Shown: one piece after another, positions 37,242 to 50,452 of the stretch
Position numbering within the stretch: position 1 is the stretch's first letter
Layout of the letters: every line of letters starts with the position of its first letter
NCBI GenBank assembly: GCA_038496445.1
Contig: JALMLS010000057.1
Location: forward strand, 113,281-177,280
Direction: 5' to 3'
Length of the DNA stretch: 64,000 bases
Source of the DNA: Trichosphaerium sp. ATCC 40318
Lineage: Eukaryota; Protista; Tubulinea
Translations under genes and position numbers: made by a program
The notes under the pieces: model-generated
Told to the model about the DNA's origin: nothing
The model's input: only the letters and a program-made list of their open reading frames with translations
The model's database searches: none

Positions 37242-40200
37242 TTAACCTTCAAATTCAAAAGGTTCAGGAGGACTTGGTTCATTCTCTTCGTCATCACCAC
37301 CGGCTGATCCAGAGGATGCCTCAGGTTCTATAATCTCTTCTTCTTTGTCAGGCTGTCCGTCCTTCAGTACGACTATGCCAAGAACGTTCTATTTACAGCG
37401 GTTAGTATTTAATCATGATTTACATTTTTTGAACCATACCTCTGATATTGGAGTGTATCGCTCATCAACGTCAAAACTGATGTGTTGAAGTTGCTCCCAA
37501 GTAACACGAGCAGGATTTTCGAGAATTTCTTCGGTAGGCTCAGGTTCGGCAGGTTTCTTTTCAGCCTCCTTCTTTTCGCCATCCTTCTCAACTTCCATAG
37601 CATCACCATCCTTTTTGTCTTCTTCTTTAACCTCTTCTTTCTTGTCAGCGTCTTTTTTGTCAGCATCTCCTTCCTTTTCATCATCTTTTTGTTTCTCAGC
37701 TTCACGCTTTTTGTTCTTCTTGGTAGTAGACAATTGATAGGTAGGAAGTTTTTCTAGCTTTTCTTCTTTTGGAGCTTCAATTTTTTCTGGGTACGCAAAG
37801 AGTGATGGGCGAGCGTTAGATTTAAATTGGAACTTTGGCATCTAGAAGAAAAGGTAAGTTTAACTGTGCTACATAAGAAATTATTTACCTTTAGGTCTTT
37901 ATTCAATGCAACAATTGCAGTTGGTGTAAACGACAATGAAATGAAGTGGATCAAAGGATACCAATACCAGTATTGAGTGAACAAAGCCATACCAACTAAA
38001 GCAATATAAGCAACTTAAACCATGACTTTTAAAAAAAAACCAAACACGTACCTATGGCAGTCATGTTATTGTGTCCAGAACGACTACGCAATGCGACTGT
38101 TACGTTACGGCCACCTGCGTCGAGGATACCAGCAGCTAAAATAGCACCAAATTTGGCCATAACAGCTTCATGTTTGTCTTCAATGCGTTCTTTGAGTAAT
38201 GCACGGACTTCTTTGACCTTTGGGTTTTGGGCAGCGGATACTTGCATCAATACCATAGCCAAGGACATGAAAGCACCCTGACGAACAAAGTCGGTACTAT
38301 CCTTAGTGAGAGGCATCAATAGACGTATAGCTTCATTAAGACCAGTTCCAGCGCAGGCAATACCTTTCAAAAAAATAAGAATCGCATTACTAGAAAGGTA
38401 TTGTATGCAAGCACGTACCAACGCAAAGACAAGCGCCATACCGCACGTGTGGATTGTAAGATTCAGCCAATAGACTGACAAGTTTTGGAACTACCTCAGG
38501 CCTCTTAAACAAGATGAAGCCAAGGTTGATTACAGCAGCACGGCGGACATCATCTGCAACATCGGAAACTGCAACGTGGAGAAGTCTGCGGATAGCAGAG
38601 TTGTTGGCAGTACCACAGTAGGCAAGACCAATCATGTACATGGCACCGTAACGCAGGATAGGATCTTTAGACAACATCATTTGACTAATAAGTGTTTCTG
38701 CACCTTCCTCTTGACCGTACTAAACGACATGATTAATTACAACCATCAGCACGTGAGCTTAAGAACATACCATCATAAGCGCTAAGCCCAAAGAAAGACC
38801 ACGAATAATTTTTTCGTGTTGTGTATCGCGAGCAAAGTTAAGCATTTCTGTCATTAAAGATTCGGATCCTGCAGAGCCCAACATTACCTGGATTAAAAAA
38901 AAAACAGTTAGTTTACCGTTCATACTAACTACGAATGAAATAGTGCCATACCAGACCAATTGCAATACCAGCACTTTCTCCAGCTACGGCGAAATCTTCA
39001 TACACGACTTGCATGAGTGCTTCTGCCAAGTTTTCGTCTCTGGAGGCCATACCAGCAACACCCAAACCGAGGCAAGCACCATGTTGAATAATTTCGTTAC
39101 TGCCAGCATCTGATAGTGCTTTGCGCAAAAATGGCATGATTTTTTTACCGTGATTGGCGTGGATAAGACCCAAGGCATACAGAGAGCCACCCTCGTAGTA
39201 GGCACTTGCTGATACACCTAAATAGCGTGTTAAAAACTACTATTAACACAACCAAAGATAAAACATACCTGGTTTTGGGAGGTATGAGCTAAGAACTTTA
39301 AGAGCCTCTTTTACTTGGCCCTTATGTATTACACCCAAACCAGCTGTTGTTGAAAACTTACTCCAGTTTGTTGCTCTAAAACACAGTCGTTAATAAATAG
39401 TAACAAAAGGTTGTTGTTTCGCGTACTTGCTGAGCCACTTAAGGTTGGATCTAAGGAATTTATCGCTAGCTGTACCACAGTGGATTAAGGCATTTGCGAA
39501 AATTGTGGCTTTGTGTAAAATAGAGTTGCGAGGCTCAAAAGCTGCCTAGAAAGGAAATCAGGGGATGGTTTCAATAATAAAAAAACAACAAAAAAGTTAG
39601 ACGGACCTTGATGTTATTGAGGATTGTCATGTCAACATCTTTGTGAGCACGCATAAACTGCAAGTAACTTGAAATGCTGGCTTCTCCAGACAAAATCTCG
39701 TGCAACTTAGCAAGGCTTGAGTTATCTTCTTTTTCATCGATTTCCATGGCCTTCAGACTCGTTAGTGAAAAACAACCACACTTCTGAGGGCAGCATCACG
39801 TACGTCGCCTTCAGCAGGTTTATCAACACCTTTTAGGTCAGGTTTAGGGAGATCATCCTTTTTCTTCTCTTCTGGCTTGCTTAGTTCAGGGAGACCAGAA
39901 ATGACATTTTGTAAAAATCGTTGGGTGGCGTTTTCGCACAACTCAAAAGCAATTTGGTACGCCAGCAATTGATCATCCTTAAAAACCATCAGTACTCGCA
40001 CTTGTGTTAAAAAGACGTACTTGATTATCTGATTTAAGGAGCAAATTAAAAATTTCCGCTGTTCTGACATCATCATCAAGGAATACCAAACATCGCACAA
40101 CGTTCATATAATCAGGTACTTGCATTTCACGATATAATTTTACCTAGCAAAGGATGTCAGTACTAGCTCTGCGAAGGATTAAAGAGTTCAATCATACCAA

Positions 40201-41185
40201 AGTACTCAAAACTGTTTGTCTAAATTTCTTGGAGTCTACATGTTTCATGGCTACTGTGAATGTGTATCTCAACATATTTTTTACATCACCGCTTTCTTTT
40301 ATAGCGTTTTCAAGTTTATCTAAACGTCTTGATTCTAATGCAACGCCTAAAACAAAAAAATTAATTGGCTGGCTAAGAAAATAACAAAACTCAAAGCTTG
40401 GTAGTACAATCACGTGTTTACGTACCGATTGCTTGTTTGTATTGTCTATCTTCGAAGCATCTAGCGAACATACGCTCTACAATAGCTTCGAGGCGTGGAT
40501 CTACAGCCTTAATATCATTTTTGTTTATGGTTTCAGCGTTTTCAACGCGAACTTTGATGTATTCGTCAATGCACTGACCTACAAAAAGGGCCCAACGATT
40601 AGTTCATTACGCTTGCTGACACATTCAAAAAAAAAAAAAAACAATGAACGGTTTAGTTTAAAAAATTACTTTCGTAGCGTCGTTAAACAAAAAAAGAGGC
40701 GTACCGACGATTGTATCTATAAATTCAGTCTTTTTCGTTATGTCGAATAGGTCCTCCGCGCCCAACGCGTATTTCATCGAATCGGAGAACGCGTTGAGAT
40801 GGTAGTACACCTAGAGCGTATTTTATTAACAAGGTGAAAGTGATTGCTAAACTTTTGTCGCTGTCGCGATTCTTGCTCGCGTAGAGCCACAGACACTTGA
40901 TCAGCCACTAAAAGCAAAAACGTGCCTTTGAAGCGACTAACGCTGCTAATTTACGCGCAGCAAACTTCTCGTCCTCGTGCAATACTTCTCTAAACAACTT
41001 TAGATATTTTGCTTCACTACAAAGCCCGTCTCGCACATCTTCTGCAAATAGTTGTTGTCGGCAATCTCCATCCAGAACTGATCCACCAACAAATTAATTC
41101 TTCCCAACGCATGAGCTTTGACTTGATCAGGCTCCACTTCATCTAATAGTGCGAGGAAACCTCCAACTGATGCTAGGCTTGCCAT
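37242..41185 (-). CDS. PSMD1: 26S proteasome regulatory subunit Rpn2
   Basis: [23 protein letters not shown] repeats ([23 protein letters not shown]), [10 protein letters not shown] and C-terminal PPEPFEF. Confidence 0.97.
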
Positions 41186-41429
41186 TTGTTAACACTAACT
41201 TTGGCGCTGACAAAATATTTTTATGCTGTTTTTTGAACGGCGCAAAAAAAAGTCTACACGTCAAGCACAGTCTCAATATTGTTTTTTCTATTGTACTGGC
41301 GCTTACGGTCGCGTGGTTCTACTCATACAATAACTTCATGCGTTGTTAACTGTATTCAAGAAACAAAAAAAAACAGAAAAAAAGCTACAAAAACAAAGGT
41401 GTCGAGTCTGTAGTACAAGTAATCGCGCA

Positions 41430-43892
41430 ATGGCACTCTCCGGCAGAGACTTGTTAAGTCCTAGATCACCAGAAGCGAAAAAGCTCTCACAGACATCCTA
41501 TCATGCTGTTGTGGCTAAAAAAAAATCTTTTAAACGCAAAAATACAACTTTAACTCAAAGTGGCGCAAGCGAGCCAAAAAACGCGTCATTTTCATCGTTG
41601 TCATTGCAAATGGTGGCTGATTCTGGAAATTTGGAAGTTTCAGCTGCTTTTGAGTACAACTTCGCTTTAGCTCCGGTAAGCTACCTACGGCGAGCTTGTT
41701 TAATCTTTTAAAGGGCGTAAAGCTAATCTCCGAAAGTAAATCGCTACAGCAAGTTGAATGCGTAATTCTTCATGGCACTTGCTTTGGTATTGGGAGGAAA
41801 ACACGAGGATTGAGGTAACAGCTGGTATTGTATGGCGTTTTAGACTGTTAACGGTCTGATTTGTAGTCTGTTCAACGATAGAAAACAGCTTGAAACTGAT
41901 GTACAAAAACATATCTGTGAATATTTTCACGGTTATCAGCCGCTTGGTAGTTGCTTTTTAAAGAGCATAAAACATACTATGGAAGGCGCAAAATTAAAGT
42001 CCTTTGTGCACATGGCCTCTGGTACGAAATACGACCGTTAGCTTCACAAACATAATGTCAATTTTTGCAATTTCAAAAAAAACTCGTCAAAATCTTGGTG
42101 CCTTCGTAACTTAACCTCACTTAGTTTCTGATGATCAAGCAAATATGGTTGCAGACACGTACCAAGGCTTTTGGAATGCGTTGTTAGAGATAAGGCATTG
42201 GAACTTGGCACCTGCCAACAAAAACAATCAAATCATGACTGTTGGTATATTTCCTCCTAAACTATCAGAAGAGTGGTACGTTATTTTTTGTTTCTAGGTG
42301 AGGTCATAGAATTCAACATGTTGTTAGTGTAGAAACAGAGTACTTTACAAGCTGGGATTTGATGGCAAAAAAGATGGCACTGGCTTGGAAGCACTTTAGC
42401 ACTCCACCAGCTGTAATTACAAAAGGTAGTACTATACTATCGGTATTTTTTAAGACGATAATGTAGGCTTTGTGGGTGTGCGATTGAACGAGCTGCAAAA
42501 TCTATATAAACACTCCAAGAAGGATGATACACATATTAAAAAGCACTTTTTAGACCGACTTGCCAAAGGTAAACTTGACGACTGTAAGTTCATGTCAGAG
42601 TGGCAGTTGAATTTATTAATGAAACTGGTCGAACTGGGAGGAACTAGTAGTCAAGAATTTGGTGAGGAAGCAAACTTATGGTCAACAGCAGGTGCTAAAC
42701 GATACAATAAAAAAGTGCTAATAATTCCATTAGCAAAAGTACTTGGTGTGCAGCGTAGCAATCCAAATTTACGTAAATATATAAACAAGAAGCTACTTGA
42801 GAATAGTGTAGTTCTTGGACGGTTCATAGATTTATGTGAGGATGCCGTTGTTAATGTTCACACTGCAGTTGATAAATCACAGCTTGTCATAGACAAGAAA
42901 CCTATAGCTATCGGTGCCAGTGGTGTAGTCCATCGTGGTACCGTGACTGGAATGGAAGTACGTCTTTATTTATTTGACTGTGCTTGTCAGGTATTAATAT
43001 ACTTGTAGGGCGTAGATGTCGCTGTAAAATTTTTGAATGAAAGCAATATATCTTTCGATTGGGGTGACTTTAGACGTGAGATCGCAGCAACGTCACTACT
43101 TCGTCATGAGAATATTGTTGTAACATTAGGTGCTTCAATTGTAGGTGACTCATTATTCATAGTACAAGAACTTGTACACAAGGTGCGCTGCACATTTTGA
43201 TTTCTGGGCTTACGAAGTGGTCAGGGTTCTTTAAGAAATCTCATTCACAAAGACAAATGGGAAATACCTCAAGAGCTTCTGGTGTCAATAATAAGAGATA
43301 TAGCTAGTGGCATTGCTTTCTTACATAGCGTAAACATTGTCCATCGTGACATAAAGACTGACAGTATCCAACTATTGTGTAAATACAATTTTCGATTTAA
43401 ATTAATTATCCTTAACTATGAGACATTCTTATCAATAATAACAACACAGCCAAAATAACAGACTTTGGAACAGCTAGGACTATTTATGACGGCTTTCTCT
43501 ATGAACCTATAGGGACACCTCAGTACATGGTAAAATGATGCTAGCAAGTATTTTCATTGCTCACTCACCACTAGGCGCCAGAGTTATTGACAAGAGCAGG
43601 ATACGATACATCCGCAGACATCTACAGTTTTGGTGTAATCCTTTGGGGTACGAATTGTTTGTAAATAATTATAATCTCCTCACCACTCATAGAACTATGG
43701 GTTAAGAAAGTACCTTGGCATCATGTGAATAGTATTTATATTATAGATCGTCTTGGGAAGGGCGAGAGGCCAATACCTAAACCTAAGAAGTGCCCTGACT
43801 TTTACTCTTCGCTTATCAAGTCGTCGTGGCACCAAAAACCAGCAAAAAGAATGGCTGCTCAAGCTATATTTGAATTATTGCGTGACATGTAA
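41430..43892 (+). CDS. TKL-group protein kinase with a degenerate N-terminal macrodomain-like region
   Basis: Kinase: IAIGASGVVHRG, VDVAVK, FRREI, HRDIKTDNILI, ITDFG, GTPQYMAPE, DIYSFGVILWEL. N-terminus: VQKHICEYFHGYQPLGSCF...YQGFWNALLEIRHWN...MALAWKHF. Confidence 0.9.
43364..43422 (+). other. Probable U12-type (minor spliceosome) GT-AG intron, 59 nt
   Basis: 5' site GTATCCAA, branch-like TCCTTAAC ending 6 nt before the exon, no pyrimidine tract, ends in GAG. Removal restores HRDIKTD-N-ILI. Confidence 0.8.
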
Positions 43893-44052
43893 ATAAAAAA
43901 TCGTAGTATGCAAATTGACCCCTCTCGTTTGGCAAATACAGAGTTAGAATATGAGTGTTAATATTATATTATTTACAAGATGTACATCTTGGTACAAGGC
44001 GGTATTAGAATAAAAATTGGTGTCTCTTTGTTGAAACGATAGAAATAGCCTA

Positions 44053-45533
44053 TCAATAGCTCTCTATGAGCCTTGCTCTCCCTCTTGTTGGTTCAGGGGA
44101 GAGTGTGCCAGTAGGTTCCTTTTCCCAATCAAAGTCTGACTCAACATTGCTTCCATAGTACATGTCACTTGTGCAAAGTGGAGCCTTCTCGCCTTGATAG
44201 TTGATGGCTTCCACCAGAGATTGTGTTTTTTTACCATGAAAGAAATCCCACAGAAACGTAAAATACATGAGTGGTGCAAACAGCGAGTAGTATGAGAATA
44301 AATGCATGTCAATAAAGCTGGTGTAATAAGTTAGCACTGAAATAATCGTAACAAACTAGTAAGGCAAGGCGGTACGTACCAAAAGCCCCAAGCAGTTAAG
44401 CAGAATACTAAAACTGTACCCAGCATTTGCATACCGTTGATAATCAGCAGGAACATTATATATCTATAAAACGCTGGCCGTACTAATAGAAAGGATTAGA
44501 ACATTTTGTTTGCTTTACTACAAAGGTACCTGGCATATCGTACAGTTTCAAGAATGGGAGTGACAAAATGACAGCATAAACAATCACAAACAAAGCGCAA
44601 AATGGTACCCAATAGAATACGGATTCGCGAGGGTAATTAAAGATTGCAATGCCAAATTTATAAATGATTACCATCTGCAAGAGAAAATCAGTACTAAAGT
44701 GCAAAACAAAGAATTGCTCGGTTTTTTTTGTTGTTTCTGTGCGTACTTGAGCAGCCATGTTTACCAATACAACGCCAAATCCAATACTTAGCGTGCGTGC
44801 CACTATTGTCCAGTAGTTTTTTGATTTGCCTTGGAACAGGTACACCAAGACTGATATTTCAAGTAGAAGCGCAACGTTGGATGAGGCAACCCAAAACGGC
44901 CTGAAAAAAACGTTACAAAACAACTAAGGACTGTGCCGAAATTTCTTCAGAAAACGCGCCAGCGCGGAAACGAAACAGAGTGTGGGCGTAGTTTGAGCGA
45001 TTATGAGTAGTTTTGACAGTATTTTAGTTGGAAAAAAAGCAAGAAACGTTTTTTGCAACTCTAGGGTAAGGAAATGCGCGCGTACCTCGCCACCTTGGAC
45101 TTCAGATCGAACGCATACGTCAATACGCACCGTATAATTGTTAACATTGCCACAAGCCAAACAAAGATATAATACACTGCTCGCATGCAGTACTTACGCC
45201 CGCGAAGTCGCATGAATGCTTTTGGGGAGTATACAAGTAAGAATACCAAAAACAGAAGGCTGCCAATGCTATTTATCAAGTCTATGGCAGGAATTCGGCC
45301 AAGGATATCATTTGTGAAGTAAAGTCGCTCGCAAAACTGCAATGAAACGGAAAAAAGTTAGTGTACACCCACCGAGTTTATCTACTTGTTGTTTTTACGT
45401 ACATTAGTAAAGTTTTTGGGTATTATTGGTGTCAGTGGAAGGGGAGGAAGACTTGAGTTACCAGCATCTTTGAAAAACGTGAACACTGCGTAATATTACG
45501 TGTGAACGTACGGTGCGCGTAGGAGTGCTCCAT
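44053..45533 (-). CDS. TPRA1/GPR175 (Tmemb_40, plant Cand2-like) multi-TM protein
   Basis: Several hydrophobic segments, YYIFVWLVAMLTIIRC, LLLEISVLVYLF, PVRPAFYRY and YYSLFAPLMYFTFLWDFF; first exon inferred. Confidence 0.78.
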
Positions 45534-45766
45534 TGTCTGTTTTTAAAGCACTTCGCGAATTGCCAGTGTTGCAAGCCCTTTATTCTACAATTGTGCCTAT
45601 CACCATAACACTTCTAAGCTGCTTTGTGACGAGGGTGTTGTTTTATTGCCTTCCTAATCAGTTCAACTTAAAACCAAAAAAAAACACTCCCGCAATTACA
45701 ATTTGTAGGTCAACGGGTTTTCTTATAACGCGTGATTGCTGTCCTCTAAAGCGTTAACGAGCACTT

Positions 45767-48482
45767 ATGGAAAAAGAACAACAAACAACCACTACTGCTG
45801 CACCAGTTAAACAAGAAGATGTTGCCTCAAAACTAGCTGTTGTGCGTAATTATGTGTTCATACAATAAAACTAACAATGTAGGAGCCTTGTGGCGACACA
45901 GCACCAACAGAGTCTTCACCCATGATATTTAACCATGTACCAGAAGATAAATTGGACGGTTTAATCCAGGTAAACGTTCCTAGGCAATTCATAACGCTAA
46001 CAAAACTATAAAGGCCATTGGTACTATCAAAAACCTTACCACGTTGTCGATTGGTCCAATGCAAGGTGGGTTATAGCCCGTAATCAGCTTCGGGCCTAAT
46101 TACTTTAAGCCGTTATTTTCAACCTAACAATCAAGCCTAAGGTGACTTTGAAGAACTTGATGAAGAGGATGTAGAATGTTTGAAGCAAACTCTGGCTGAT
46201 AATTCCTTTGTGACGTTAGTTTTATTTATTTTTACTCATTTTTTGTGAAACGTTTTATGTCTCATGTGGCTTTCCTAGTACGCTAACTGTCAACTCGCGT
46301 GTAACGGCTCGGCATGTAGAGCAGATTTGCGACATGATCGTGCAGGAGGTACTTTAAACATTGATGCCTGTCTATGTGTTGCTTATTTATTTACACAATC
46401 AGGGAAGTTTGGATGATTTAAACACTCTCAAATTTCCAAATTGCAACACTGGAATTGCAATCGCCACTCCAATCACGCGTTTGATGCACCACGCTGCCAC
46501 TAAAAAACCAAACTCCAAACCTGAGGAATCTGATGATGAGGATGAGGTGCGTCAATACACCGTACTACCGATCCTATTAACAGTACTGTGTTACAGGAGT
46601 TAGTCCCACAAGCTGATGCTCAGCCCCAGAAAGAACAAAGCACGCCTGCTTCAACACCAGTTCCTGCAACTGATAGTACATCCGCTCTCGAAAAACCTGA
46701 CACTACTGCGGAAAAACCAGCTAAACCAACTGATTCAGACTCAAAACCAGATACCCCAACAGTTGAGCAAAAACCGATTCTTTCTTTGGATCTCACGTGC
46801 GTTATTATGTACCTGGCTGTTTACTAAAGTATTCGAAAGTGGAAACGGACTAGGGCCAGAAGGTGCTGCAAAACTTACAGAAGCTGCAACTAAAGCTGAC
46901 AATGTTGATGTGTTGTTGTTGCGTGACAATAAGTGCGTTGTTATTATTAGCGGTGAAAGCACTGACGCACGAAATAGTATTGGTAAAAATGGTTGGCTAG
47001 CTGTTGCAGAATACTTATCTAGCACTCAAGAGTTGGAAACTCTGGATATCAGTCGTATCATGACAGCACCTAGCGTGCATTGCAGTTTTCCAGTGTCCAC
47101 AGCTGCTGTTGCAGATGCTCTAACTAAAAATCAATCTCTTACTCACCTTGACTTATCGTGCGTAACTAAACTACAATTTATCTAATTCTTTACAGCTTTT
47201 CCAACCTTGGAACGAATGGATGGGAAGCCCTAGCAAAGGCTCTCAAACAAAACAGTACTCTAAAATCTATTAAGTTGGGCAATTGCTTTGCTGGCCCCGC
47301 TGGGGGTGATGCTATCGCTGGAGGTAATTCCTTTCTTATTTACCATGTAAAAATTTAGCAGAATCCTGACACCATCTAGCACTCGCGGAGAATAAGTCTT
47401 TAACTTCCATTAATCTCAGCTTGAACAGACTTGGAAAAGAAGGTGGACTAGCTGTCATGAAGGCTTTGAAAACGAATGGTACGTATTGGATTAGTACAGT
47501 AAGCAATTGACATGGTTATCAACAGATACTTTGGAAAGTTTGAATATATCTCATAATAGCATACCAGAAGAAGTGTTTGTAGAACTTGTTCGGGTGCTTA
47601 AGGAGGACAACCAAACTATTAACACTATCAATTTTCTTGATTTAAAGCGACCTCCAGCACTAGCAATAGATCCTGAACTAGCAAACAAGTGCAGCCCATC
47701 TGTTGCTAATCTCATTCGAAATGAGCTGTGCCAAAATCTTACACGTCTCACGTTGTCTAACTTCCCGCCTTCAACGGGTCAGTTTGCGTTACCTAGAATG
47801 CCTCGCCAACAATTATCCATTCAACCAAGTGAACGGTTTCTGGTTAGTATAATATCAGTATTTTCTTTTTCTGATGGCCGCAATGTAGATCAGTCAGCAA
47901 TCCGCCAGACAACAAGCACAACAAGGTCGTACGCCACAACACCAGCCAGTCCCTGCTGCTGGCGCAGTAGCTCCGCAACAGAGGCGCACTACTAACATGC
48001 GAAATGCTAACGGTAGACCTCCTGTACCATCCACTATGCCATCAGGTACCACTGTCTTCATTACATGAGCTTTGCTAAACTGTTTTGTTAGCTTCTGTTG
48101 TACCCATGAATCGCCGTGTTATTCCACCTATGGTGGGCCCTGGCGGGTTCACAAACGCTGAAATGGAGGTGCAACGGTTAAAGTCTGAGATTGCAAAATT
48201 CAAGCGAGATACTGCGCAGCTGTTGGAAGACCCATCAAGCGACTTCTCGTGGAGTTCGTTCTTGAGGTCTTGTGGTATCCCTGATAACTATGCGGAGACG
48301 TATGAAGTATTATTTTTGGATGAACAAATTGAAGAGGACCAAATAAGAGATTTGACAATGGAAATACTAGGTGCTATTGGTATCAAATTGGTATGGCTTT
48401 ATGTAAGGTTTTAATTTACATTTTTTTCTAGATGGGTCACAAAATGAAGATAATGAAAGTTGTAAACCGTGGTGGGTATTAA
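45767..48482 (+). CDS. RI-type LRR protein with a C-terminal SAM domain
   Basis: LRRs (LDLTGNGLGPEGA, NQSLTHLDLS, NSTLKSIKLGNC) and a SAM-like WSSFLRSCGIPDNYAETY..F..EQI...LTMEILGAIGI..MGHKMKIM. Confidence 0.8.
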
Positions 48483-48689
48483 ACATGAAATAAAAACCTA
48501 TGTCAATATAAGCAATTGTTACTCTTGGGTTGATTGAGCACTTATGTGTAATGCTTTGGTTCAGCGTTAAAATGGTTGTGTGGTAGTTTGAACCCTACAT
48601 CAAACTGGGTGTTGCAGCACGAACAATAGTTCAACTAATTTTGACCAACTTTGTTGAATCTACAGCAACTTTATTGGAACCCGTTATGC

Positions 48690-50270
48690 ATGTTGGCGTT
48701 TAGGGCTTCTCGCTGTTGCCGACAACGGCGTGTCTACCATAGTGTGCCTCGTAAGCGACAGGTGAGGCATGTAGCCACTATGGGCTTAGAAGTACGTATG
48801 GTGTCACTTTCAGTACAACAAAATGCTGACTTCAGCTTTTGTAGAGGTTTGTAGACAAAACTACTCATTCAGCTCTTAAAAGTGCCTGGGAGTTAGATTT
48901 GAGCGAAATTAAGGTAAGTTTTACGTTTTGAACCACCTTCGAATCAAACATTAAAAAGGGCTTGCCTTTCGCGCCAAAATCTAGCGCGTGAGCTGCTGTA
49001 ACGTCAATTTGCTCGCTTTTACAAACGGTTTTTTTAAAATAGGGATCAACTGATGCAATCGCTAACTTGGCAATCCCAACTGCGCTGACGAATACAATTG
49101 TAACATATAAGGCTCCTAAAGTACTATTGCAAGACGAACTTGAGTTTCAGTACCAGAATAGCACGCACACTCTTCCCAAACCTCACCTTAGCTCCACGAC
49201 TCGCGCAGAGCTTGAAACTATCTCCTCAGAGTTGTTGGGGGTCTATCAAAGCGGTATAGATGTCAGTGATGACATGCTCGAAGACACCGTTCAGCAACGT
49301 GCAGCCGTGCGTTCGATTTTAGATCGCGTTAAAACGGACCTGGGTGTGGCGTTGGAGTCGTATGGCGTGACATTAGATGAACTTACTTACACAATGCCCA
49401 TGCCAGTAGTAACGGTAGGTGTTGTCTGGATAATCCAAAGTAGATGTTTGTTTTTCCAGCAAAATAATAATTGTTTGTTGCTAGGAATTTGCGTCATCAG
49501 AGGATTTTCTTTGCTTCTTCAATGGCAGCGTTAATACTTCAATATTATCTACAGATCCAATACATTTGTTTGATTATCAAGGCACTTTTGCGACAAATGC
49601 AACCAGCGAACAAGTGGATGAACTAAATCTCAATTACGAAACTCTATTTCGAGACTTTAGCAATTACGGACAGCGTGTGGTCGCACACGATAAAAGGCAT
49701 TTTATGTTCAACAAGATTCCAATGGAATGTGCTATTCCAGAAGCTTTATTTGATATAGACAGTGACCAAATGCGTCCATCATTTCCTGCGTTTAATGTGC
49801 TTATTGATGACAAAACAGAAACTGACAATTTTAATATTGGGTAACCTAGCAATATTGCTTAGGCTCTGATTAACTTTGTTTCTCTAGGCGAATGATAGCT
49901 TTCCTTTATGGTTCGTTAGCATCCTATGCACGACACACGCATGTAAACACACCATTATCATCTATTGGTATGATATCTGACGGCATTGACTTTCAGCTTG
50001 TTGTACGTTACTTGCCTAATTTTATTGTTTTTTTCAGTCAACATTTTAACAATCTCGATTGACACCACAAAGGGTTATCAATTGAATACTCTCGATTCAA
50101 CGAAACGTGAAGGAAATGTAGTTAGAAATACTGCGTTTGTGATGAACTCCGACGCTATTGTCGAATTAGAAGGTGGCCAACCTAAAGCCAATGTCAAAGT
50201 GTACAACAGTATCTACCGTGCACTCTCTCTATTATATCTCGCTGGCATAGCACCACAACATGTAAATTAA
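48690..50270 (+). CDS. mL37/mL65 (MRPL37/MRPS30, PDCD9 family)-like mitochondrial protein; 3' end uncertain (a last exon may lie at about 50310-50420)
   Basis: Arg-rich presequence MLAFRASRCCRQRRVYH; C-terminal GRMIAFLYGSLASYAR...PLSSIGMISDGIDFQLVGYQLNTLD..VRN. Confidence 0.6.
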
Positions 50271-50452
50271 TTATGTATCACCACGTTAATCGAGTTTCCG
50301 CTTTTATAGACCACTCGATGTGCCACCCAGTTTGGCAAATTTGTGAAGGAGAGCGTTAAATTAAGTCGGACTTTTCAATTCAGTGTATTTTGCTATCTTT
50401 CTGAAACTACTGATTGAACAGTTTACCTCAAAAGCATTACCTTTTGGTGGCG

